Position numbers and translations under genes: made by a program
The notes under the pieces: model-generated
What the model was told of the DNA's origin: nothing
What the model saw: the letters and a program-made list of their open reading frames with translations, nothing else
Databases searched by the model: none
Source of the DNA: Eledone cirrhosa
Lineage: Eukaryota
Assembly (NCBI GenBank): GCA_964016885.1
Contig: OZ024744.1
Span: 6,448,001 to 6,512,000 of the forward strand
Direction of reading: 5' to 3'
Length of the DNA stretch: 64,000 nt
Shown: piece by piece, positions 53,701 through 64,000 of the stretch
How positions within the stretch are numbered: the first letter of the stretch is position 1
Layout of the letters: each line of letters opens with the position of its first letter

Positions 53701-56700
53701 TTACCTGTATGTTGTTTATTTTTGAAATCCATTTCGTAGTTGTTGAACCAGGTGGCGTTTTGGTCCCATCGCTGGAGGGATGTTAGTTCTTCATCCTCAC
53801 AGTTTTCTTTCCAAAGTTTGAATGTTTTTTCATAGAATAAGCCTTCAGAGTGCCTTGAGATTTCTGTTTCCATTTGTTGGTCGAGTGACTTGAATTTTTC
53901 TTTGTTGGAGTTGGCTCTTCATCGCAACAGTTCTATTTCTATGGTAAACGTTTCTAACGCCATCTTTTCCCTAAGTTTTCTTGTTCATTTTGTTTATTCA
54001 TGGATGGGTTTTATTTGGAGTTTTTTGGGTAGGATGATTGAGGTAGAGTTTATCCACTTTTCATATATGTCTGCATTACCAATATTTTTTAAGAGATTCC
54101 AAAATGCGAAATTGCAGGCGGTTAGCTTTTGAGTCCATATATTGATTAGGGTGTTTTCAAATGAGTTGTCATATCGTAGATTGGGTTCTAATGGTTGATT
54201 TTTAGATTTTGGAGCTTTGCTGTTTCAATGGTTTTGATTAGTTTAGCTAATGCTGGAGTAATATTCGTCTATTGGGTATTTTCTGCTTCTTCGTAGGGTC
54301 CTTTTTTATAAATATGTATTTGGTCCACTTTGTTGGTCACAATTGAAACTTTGGTGGAAATCTCTTTGAGTTCATTTAAGATGTCCTGGTTCAGTAAGTT
54401 GTCGTTTTGTTGAAACTTTGATGGCATTTTCGGTCTTCGTGTGGTGGGTATGCATTAGAAAGGGAGTTTATTTTTACAAAACGAAAACTAACCGAGGTGT
54501 CCTACACGAGTGAAAGTATAAAGAAAAAAGATGAAATCGAAAATGCAACTGGAGTCTTTTTAACATTTTTTTAATAAAAAATATATATTTATTTGGTTCC
54601 TTTACCGGTTTCGCAGTTCTTCTACTTTTCAAAAGTAGAATCGAAATGGAGGGTTTGTGGTTTTTCTCACACTGGTTGGTCTTTGTATGTTATTCCTGGA
54701 AAAAAGTGGCTCGAAATGCCAGGCTTTTGGAGAAGTAATTTGGTTGGTTGGTGAATAAGTATAATAAATTTCGCGCCAGTTCATGTTACAAGTTATTATA
54801 TTTGCCTTGAAACAAAGGGCTCAGGTTATTTTTTCATATATGAGTGAAGTTTGGTTGGTTGATGCAGTCACGTGAATAAGCACATCAGCTTTCGCGCCAG
54901 TTTGTGTTTGAATTTCTTTTTACTTAAAAAAACCTGGCTGACGAAGGCTTTCTTTTGTTAAATGTAATTTGATTGGTTATAAACGAAATTATGACTGCCA
55001 CGAGAACAAGTACATTAAATTTCGCGCCCGCATTTTTGAATTTTTTTTATAGCCATTTAGAGAATTTTGTGCCAAACAAAAGATAATGGTCAAGAAAAAG
55101 GGATGGAGAGAGTTGTTCTGAATATGACCGATGTGCTGAAATGTAATCTGATTGGTTATAAATGAAATTATGACTGTCACGTGAACATTAAATATTGCGC
55201 GCGTATTTGGGAATTTATTTTGTAACGTTTAGAACATTTTGTGCCAAACAAAAGATAATGGTCAAGGAAAATCGGATGGAGAGAATTGTTCTGGTTCAGT
55301 GAATATGGCTGGTGTGCTGGTGCCTTTAATTCTTGAAGTCTTTTATTTCACGTTTTATAATTGGAGACAAATTCTTCTTGCTAGGTTAAAGGGATGTTCG
55401 TCTTCGTGTGCTTTGGATGGAGGTGGATAGCAGGTACTGTTCGGAATCTGTTGGTTTGTAGTGTATGTCAGTTTCAATATTTGTGTCTTTTTTAAAGATT
55501 ATGATGTCCAGAAATGGGAGTTGATCTTGGCTGTATTCCATTGTGAATTGGGTGTGCTTATTGGTGCCGTTAATTAAATTTTTGAAATCATTTAGTTGGT
55601 CGAGTGTGTGGTACCAAAGAATGAGACAATCATCCAAGTAGCGTTTCCAATTCTCTGATAAATATTTGTGGAAGTTCAATCCGTATTTTGATTTGGACTG
55701 TTCATATATCTGGACTTCTAAAGACACAATAATAGTGTCGTTGTTGACATGTTTGGGGAGGTGGTTTAAGAGGTCCAGATCGTCTCTTACAAGGCTTGGT
55801 ATGTGTTTGAGAATTGGTTTTAGTAGTATGTCTATAAAGTTGCTCAGTCTGTGTGTTTCACATTGTGGGCCCGCTACAATTGGTCTTAATTTAAGGTATG
55901 TGGGGTATTGTGTGTTCACGCAGGCTGAGGTGGATTGTTTACAGGCATCGTTAATTATTTTACACTTGTGGATCTTCGGAAGTCCGTAAAGGTTGCTGGT
56001 TTTGTATTCAAAATGTGTTAAATAATCGCGTTCCTTTTTAGTTAAGTCTTCCTGGTATCGACAAATCAGTGTGTTTAATCTGGTCATTGTTTTTGATTGC
56101 TGGTAGTTTTTTACTCTTTCATAGTAATTAGTATTTTGTAAGAGAGAGAACATAGAATTTTTATTTTTTCAGCCTCCATAATGACAACAGTACTTCCATT
56201 GTCCACTTCCTTAATTATAACGTCCGTATTGTTTTTTAGTTCATGGATAATCTCCCATTCCCTTCGACTCGTGTTGGGTTTGGGTTTAGGTTGCGGTAGT
56301 TCATGGTATGGGAAAATAGCTATGTGGTCACAAAATTTGTCCAGAACTCTGTTTCTACCTTTTGTTGGGTTGTAGCTGCTTTTATTCCGTACAATTGGTT
56401 GGTCGTTATTCTCCTTGTAAAAGAATTCCCCTGTGAGACGTAATTTTCTACAGAAGTGTGAGATATCGTCATTTATCTCATTGAGATTAGAATATTGTGG
56501 TGTTGGTGTGAATATCAGTCCTTTGGATAGAGTTTTAATTTGTTGGGCTGAGAAGTTTGTATTTGAAAGGTTGATTATTTTCGGTTTTTCAAAATCGGTT
56601 TGTGCCACGGGTGTCGTGGGTCCTGTAGCCTTGGTCTACATTGTTTTTTCATGAATATTATTATATCTAATGGCATTTCCCCTGTCGTTGTGTGGTCTTG

Positions 56701-58465
56701 TATAGAAGTTTCGGACATATTGAGGTTCGGTTTGTTGATGGTCCGGGTTGTAGATTTTGTTCCTTTGTGTGGGTTGGGATCTACGATTTTGGAACAGGTT
56801 CTGTGACGGTTGGGTCTACGGTTTTGGAAAATGTTTTGTGTGTGTTGTGATATGCGGATCGGGTCCTGTCTTGTGTTGGCGGGACATTCGGTTTTTGTTA
56901 GTAGGGTTATAGTTTTGTCTATGGGTTCTGGGATTATCGTCATAGTTTTGCTGGGGGTATGTTGGACGTTTTGTTACTTTTTTGTTATTTGTTGTGCATG
57001 TGGTGTGTGAGTTTTAATTTGTTTTAAAAATGGGTTACCTGTATGTTGTTTATTTTTGAAATCCATTTCGTAGTTGTTGAACCAGGTGGCGTTTTGGTCC
57101 CATCGCTGGAGGGATGTTAGTTCTTCATCCTCACAGTTTTCTTTCCAAAGTTTGAATGTTTTTTCATAGAATAAGCCTTCAGAGTGCCTTGAGATTTCTG
57201 TTTCCATTTGTTGGTCGAGTGACTTGAATTTTTCTTTGTTGGAGTTGGCTCTTCATCGCAACAGTTCTATTTCTATGGTAAACGTTTCTAACGCCATCTT
57301 TTCCCTAAGTTTTCTTGTTCATTTTGTTTATTCATGGATGGGTTTTATTTGGAGTTTTTTGGGTAGGATGATTGAGGTAGAGTTTATCCACTTTTCATAT
57401 ATGTCTGCATTACCAATATTTTTTAGGAGATTCCAAAATGCGAAATTGCAGGCGGTTAGCTTTTGAGTCCATATATTGATTAGGGTGTTTTCAAGTGAGT
57501 TGTCATATCGTAGATTGGGTTCTAATGGTTGATTTTTAGATTTTGGAGCTTTGCTGTTTCAATGGTTTTGATTAGTTTAGCTAATGCTGGAGTAATATTC
57601 GTCTATTGGGTATTTTCTGCTTCTTCGTAGGGTCCTTTTTTATAAATATGTATTTGGTCCACTTTGTTGGTCACAATTGAAACTTTGGTGGAAATCTCTT
57701 TGAGTTCATTTAAGATGTCCTGGTTCAGTAAGTTGTCGTTTTGTTGAAACTTTGATGGCATTTTCGGTCTTCGTGTGGTGGGTATGCATTAGAAAGGGAG
57801 TTTATTTTTACAAAACGAAAACTAACCGAGGTGTCCTACACGAGTGAAAGTATAAGGAAAAAAGATGAAATCGAAAATGCAACTGGAGTCTTTTTTTTAT
57901 TTTTTATAAAAATATATATTTATTTGGTTCCTTTACCGGTTTCGCAGTTCTTCTGCTTTTCAAAAGTAGAATCGAAATGGAGGGTTTGTGGTTTTTCTCA
58001 CACTGGTTGGTCTTTGAATGTTTTATATGGAAAAAAGTGGCTCGAAATGCCAGGCTTTTGGAGAAGTAATTTGGTTGGTTGGTGAATAAGTATAATAAAT
58101 TTCGCGCCAGTTCGTGTTACAAAGTTATTATATTTGCCTTGAAACAAAGGGCTCAGGTTATTTTTTTCATATATGAGTGAAGTTTGGTTGGTTGATGCAG
58201 TCACGTGAATAAGCACATCAGCTTTCGCGCTAAATTCGTGCTTGAATTTCTTTTTACTTAAAAAAAAATGTCTCACGAAGGCTTTTTTAAAAAAATGTAA
58301 TTTGATTGGTTATAAATGAAATTATGACTGTCACGTGAACAAGTACATTAAATGTGGCGTCCGTATTTGGGAATTTTTTATAGCCATTTAGAGAATTTTG
58401 TGCCAAAAAAAAGATAATGGTGTAGAAAAAGGGGTGGCGAGAGTTGTTCTGAGTATAACTGATGT
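47788..58465 (-). mobile_element. Tandem array of a defective PLE: 3 x 3334-bp units (starts 47788, 51121, 54455) plus a diverged terminal pLTR (57789-58465)
   Basis: ORFs recur at +3334. IINLSN...LSKGLIFTPTP, YGLPKIHK, LRPIVAG, WKRYLDD, LPFLDI and YKPTDS are PLE RT motifs. Confidence 0.93.
47931..47967 (-). ncRNA. Minimal hammerhead with U3-A8 core (TTGAAAA); copies at 51265-51301, 54599-54635, 57930-57966
   Basis: ctt-TTGAAAA-g(t/c)ag-aagaa-ctgc-GAAAC-CG-GTA-aag. Confidence 0.65.
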
Positions 58466-58521
58466 ATATACACACATACACATACATATACCTACAGATA
58501 TACATATATATACACACACAG

Positions 58522-58609
<88 letters not shown>

Positions 58610-58612
<3 letters not shown>

Positions 58613-59616
58613 GGAACAAGTATGACCCCGACGGCAGAGCTCAAGCTGTTTCGACGGCTATTTCTGGACTAAATAAGAATGTTTAGCCCGGTAAATAAAT
58701 AGCCGAACTTCTCAGGGGGTATTTATTTATTTGGGAAGATAGTAATTGTCGAGAGGATTGGTCAAAAGTTTGTTGTAAAGACAGATGAATGTATCATGGC
58801 ATTTGGTGGGTAGGAATGGCTGAACTTGCCGGTAGAACAAAGAGGGGGTGCGGGAAACCCAGTCAAGCGTTGAAAGTGAAATCTATACAGCAGATTCTAA
58901 GGAGAGTGTATAAAAGGTCGAAAAAGTGTACTGGAGAAGAGGGGGGGGGGTGAAAGAATAAGTAAATAAAAATAAGGAAATAAGTATATAATAATAAGTA
59001 AATAAAAATAAGGAAATAAGTATATAAAAAAAACAATTTCTGGTTACTAAGCCATTTCCACAAACACCAAATTTCTCATTGGTATTGCTAAGCTATAGAA
59101 AAGTTTAATAGGTGGAGAATAGGAACAATACTAAATACGAGATAATAGTGAAAGAAATTTATAAAGCCGGCTTGACAGGGGGTCAACACCACTGCTAAAG
59201 ATATTTAGTAATCAGCCAATGCTACCTTACAATGACAGGTTAATAAGTTGAGAACAAAAATACTAAAATACTACTACAAAAATACTAATACAAAATATTA
59301 ATACAAAAATACTAATACAAAATACTAATACAAAAATTCTAATACAAAAATACTAATACAAAAATACCACTAAGAAATTTAGAAACCAGAGAAATGAAGC
59401 AGCAACCGGAAAGAAAAAAATTTACTGGGGTCTAAGACATCTGCTATAAAAAGCCTAATCGGCCAAATCTATCTTAAAATTAGGGGGAGGGGGTACTGAG
59501 GCTACAGAGGACCGTCGGTGTCATACTTGTTCCTATGACCCAATCTACTATCCTAAGTATTGAGTACTTTGGTGCGTTATGGTCCATCTGGTTCCTTACC
59601 ACAATTCCTTCGTTAT
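58610..59616 (-). mobile_element. ORF-less PLE 3' UTR/pLTR fragment with inverted arm 59513-59616
   Basis: HHR at the left end; the arm matches the reverse complement of 23226-23330 and 58611-58633. Confidence 0.65.
58625..58720 (-). ncRNA. Type-I hammerhead with altered core (CTGAGAA)
   Basis: acccc-CTGAGAAG..cggctattt...aaatagccg..GAAAC-agc..gcc-GTC-ggggt. Confidence 0.55.
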
Positions 59617-59668
59617 ATATATATAAATATATGGGTAAGAATATTTTCAAAACAGCGAGCGAGTTTGA

Positions 59669-59988
<320 letters not shown>

Positions 59989-60199
59989 GTTTTCTTTATC
60001 ATTTATTTTATTTTGTTTTGACCTGTTTAGCTTGACTTGCGTTTTGGTTTAGGTGGTTGATGCTTTCTTGACCACTATATCAGTTTTGTATGACCTCTTA
60101 ACATATTGTTTAGCTCTAGTTTTTTTAACTATCGAGCGCTTGCCAATATCATATCTGATTTTTGCGTTTCGTTTCGCCTTTTCTAGCCGCCGAAATGCG

Positions 60200-60320
<121 letters not shown>

Positions 60321-60429
60321 ATATATATTAAATTGTTAAACAATATTCAATGATTATGTCAAATAATGAGTTTTACAGTAGATTGGAAGCACTCAATTTA
60401 ATATATAATATATATATATATATATACCA

Positions 60430-62136
60430 TTAACATTTCTTACTCTATGACTGCTAACCTTGCACATAACATCACAGCTTCAAATTTAGCTAAATTACCT
60501 AGCTGTAGGTGCACGTGCAACCCTGTAGCTAGTACTAACTGTAATTGTAGGAATCGGGTTGACTGCCCCCTATCCGGGAAATGCCTCTCTAATAGCATTG
60601 ACTACAAATGTAAGGTTGAAACACCCACGTCCCGTAGGGCCTACATAGGGTTAACCGCCAATAGATTCAAGCAGCGTCTTTACATGCATACCCATTCTTT
60701 TCTTAACCCTTTAAGAAGGAATATGACGTCCCTTTCAGCCTATATCTGGAGTCTAAAAGAAAAACCACAACCAATATAACTTACACTGGGAGATCCTAGC
60801 TGAGGCTAGATCGTATAACGGAAATAAAAGACCATGTGACCTCTGCGCCGCTGAAGCTTTGGAAATACTCTACGCCAATGACCACATCTTAAACAAAAAA
60901 TCTGAGGCAATTTCGGCTTGTAAACATAAAATGCATAAAACTTTCCTCACATTATACCCTAACGGATAGTACGAACTATACGCGGATACTGTACGTCTTG
61001 ATGTGGTAGCTAAGTATATGGTATGTTAATACCATTACTTATTCGTATAGGTAAGTATATATTACCTGTATGTTTTGTGAAGGTACGTATACTTTCTCGT
61101 ACGTATATTTGCTTGTATTTGTTATAGGTGTATATATTATATTATATATACTGGTATATGGGTATATGGTTGTGTGTATACGTGAGTTTTGCGTTTGTGT
61201 GTATGCGGGTTTGCACGTATGTAGGGTGTGTGTATATGTGTACTTTGTGTTTTGGTTGACATACGTCTGCGAACATATGTGTATTTACATGTAGGTATGT
61301 GTGCGCGCGCGTTATATACGTATTTATGTGTGTATATTTCTATACGTTTATATAATTATATGTTTACGCGCACACACACACACACATATATCTTTTTTTT
61401 AAATATATTTTTATATGTATTTGGTGTATACGTTAGTATGTGTGCGGGTACAGGTTTTGCACGGGTTTTGAATGTGTGTGCGTGTTTTTGTGTACGTGCC
61501 TGTATTTGCATACCCATGGCGGGTGTTTCCGCGTATGGATGTGTATGTACGTATATGGATGCGTGCATCTATATATTTAATTATTGTTGATTTCAATAAC
61601 CTCTGTAATTTATTTACATTTTTCTTAACTCTGAAGCCGAGAATCATTCGGTTTCCTAAATAGAATTTTAGTCTACGACTTCAGTTATACCACGTGGTTT
61701 GTCTTTGTGTGTAATTGTTCTCACCGCTCCATATAATAGTTTATACATTTGGCACAAGGTCAGCAATTACCCAGTGCATTACTGGTACTTTATTTTATCG
61801 ACCCCGTAAGGATGAAAGGTAAAGTTAACCTCGGCGGGATTTGAACTCAGAATGGCAAGGGCCGTAACTCTATTCGTCAAAGCATGGCATCCGACCCTCT
61901 ACCGATACTGCCAATCACCGCTCCTATTAATGACGTATTATCTTCGTGTTTTTCCGTTCTTTGTCAGGGAACGCCTTCACGAACCAAAGTTCGTCTTCCT
62001 CTCTTCCTTCGGTTGCAACGTATTTCGAAATATTTACTTCTGCGTTCACAGATTGATTTATTTAGTCTCAGAAGATCCGATTAAGGGTGAAAGCAGCGAT
62101 TATTTGCTTAAACTTTAATCTGTTATTTTAATAAAT
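60430..62136 (+). mobile_element. 5'-truncated Naiad-type PLE: GIY-YIG remnant (60447-60970), microsatellite-rich 3' UTR, pLTR with HHR (62064-62114); inverted pLTR bits at 62308-62370 and 62553-62720
   Basis: CNCRNRVDCPLSGKCL..IDYKCKV..AYIGLTANRFKQRLYMH..SLSAYIWSLK..(frameshift)WEILAEARSY..CDLCAAE. Confidence 0.85.
61741..61927 (-). mobile_element. tRNA-derived SINE inserted in the Naiad 3' UTR
   Basis: Reverse complement of 46254-46442. Confidence 0.8.
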
Positions 62137-62137
62137 A

Positions 62138-62166
62138 CTAGCATAATGGCCCGGCGTTGCTCGGGA
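62138..62166 (-). mobile_element. 29-nt Helitron 3'-end remnant
   Basis: Minus strand TCccgagcaacgccgggccattatgCTAG; absent from the homologous site at about 23048-23056. Confidence 0.6.
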
Positions 62167-62747
62167 GTTGCTCTAGGGTTCTTATATATTTTATATATAT
62201 TTATCCTTATCGAGCCTCGTGAAATAAATACGTTTGTATATATTTTGATATTATGTATGCAAAAATATCTGTACACGAATATATAATTATATATATATAT
62301 ATATATATTAAAATAACAGACTAAAGTTTAAGCAAAGATTCGCTGCTTTCACCCTTAACGGGATCTTCTACCTAAAAGCAGTATGAAGTACAATAAGACT
62401 AACTGATGTAATCGTTGGCCTTGTTTGTTTATATTTTGTTTTTGTGTATGCAAAAATATCTGTCAGTGATGCATATGATTATATAATCACCAGCCTTGTT
62501 TATTTATATTTTGTTTTTGTCTATGCAGAAATATCTGTACACGAATATCTATATTAAAATAACATATTAAAGTTTAAGCAAAGAATCGCTGCTTTTAACC
62601 TTAACGGGATCTTCTGAAACTAAAAAAAATCAATTTGTGAACGGAGATCTAAATATTTCGAAAAAGCTTGCAACCGAAGGAAAACAGGAAGACGATACTT
62701 TGGTTCGTGAAGACGTTGCCTGGCATAATAATATATATATATATCCT

Positions 62748-64000
62748 TTCTTCTTGGTTGTCCATCGTAAACGATGATGACATCTTCTTCATTGTTGTTC
62801 CCTTCTGCCGTGGGCGCGATGGTGGCCGTGGAGGCCGATCCTTGACTTGCAGGTCCGGGGACAGTGGGGGCAGGGGAAGAGACTGGAGTCGCTTGGAGCA
62901 GCTGTTGATGCCTTTCTCCTCCTTTCACGGGCCTCAGTGACCTCTGCCCGTCCCTTCTCTTCAAAAGAGTCTTTGGCGCGTCTGATAAGGGCTCGCCACT
63001 CAGCCCTGTCCTGAGCATGGGACTTGAGTTGTTTTGGCGCGATTCCAGTGTTGTTGATGCTGGACTTCACACAGTCTTTGAACCTCTTAAGAGACCTGCC
63101 CTGCTTTCGTTTCCCCGAACAGAGTTCCTCATACATAGTTGCTTCGGAAGCCTGTGATCGTCCATCCAGATGACATGTCCCACCCATCGGAGTTGACTCT
63201 TCAGTATCATAGCTTCGACACTGGTTGTCTCAGCCATGTCAAGAACTTGAGGTTGGAGAACTTGTCCTGCCATTTGATGTTCATGATTGACCGCAGGCTG
63301 CTCATGTGGAACCATTCCAGCTGCTTCAGGTGCCTTCTGTACAGGGTCCATGTCTCACATCCGTAGAGGAGGCTGGTGAGAACAACGGCCCTATACACCT
63401 TGAGCTTGGTGGACTGCCTGTTGTTGTGCTGGTTCAGTACGCGTGTCCTCAGGCGGCCGAGGCCTTGACTGGCCCTGCAGATTCTGGCATTTATCTCCTT
63501 GTCGAGGCTTCCATCACTGCTGATGACACTGCGGAGGTATTTGAAGTCGTCCACCGTCTTTAGCTGGGTGCCTCCGATGGAGATGGAAGGAGGGTGGGCG
63601 ACGGAGGCAGGTGCAGGCTGGAACAGGACCTCAGTCTTGCCAAAGCTAATTGTGAGATCGAAGAGGCAGGAGGCCTCCACGAACTTGTTGACGATGAGTT
63701 GGAGGTCAGACTCCCTGTGGGCCATGAGGGCACAGTTGTCAGCAAAAAGTGCCTCCAGAACGATCCCCTGCACGGCCCTTGTCTTGGCCGTCAGGCGCTG
63801 TAGGTCAAACAGGGAGCCGTCCAGTCTGTATCGCAGATACAGTCCGTGCTCGAGGTCCCTGACGGCTAGATTGAGCACGCAGGTGAAGAACAGGTTGAAG
63901 AGGACGGGAGCCAGCACGCATCCTTGCTTGACGCCGTTGGTGATTCCGAGCGGTTCCGATGTCTCTCCGCCCGAGCGCACCTGCCCGGTCATGTCGTCAT
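62748..64000 (-). mobile_element. RTE (BovB-like) LINE, RT and 3' end; continues past the window
   Basis: GVKQGCVLAPVLFNL, LRYRLDGSLF, ALFADN, FKYL, LLYGCETWT, CPHCPRTC..RIGLHGH zinc finger; tail aagaagaa. Confidence 0.93.

Overview
Gene-free, AT- and microsatellite-rich eukaryotic DNA made almost entirely of transposable elements. The SINE family and repeat style suggest an octopus or other cephalopod genome (inference). No host gene is supported, and most short ORFs are translations of (TA)n, (CA)n or (CT)n tracts. The window holds two degenerate Rep/PIF1 Helitrons with intact termini (3088-9227, 34667-41415) plus a deletion derivative, and three Naiad-type Penelope-like elements (PLEs), two with clear inverted pLTR arms. 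It also holds a 3 x 3334-bp tandem array of another PLE, three RTE LINEs, an L1/Tx1-like endonuclease fragment, R2/R4-like and CRE-like RLE fragments, and tRNA-derived SINEs. The most striking layer is non-coding: about 20 type-I hammerhead ribozyme (HHR) folds found by eye, several with non-canonical cores (U3-A8, G3-C8, U4A). Four unrelated 420-530-nt ORF-less HHR elements are integrated as circularly permuted copies, mostly longer than one unit, usually with an inverted arm. This fits retrozyme or viroid-like circular RNAs mobilised by Penelope reverse transcriptase. All folds and alignments were made by hand and need computational and experimental confirmation.
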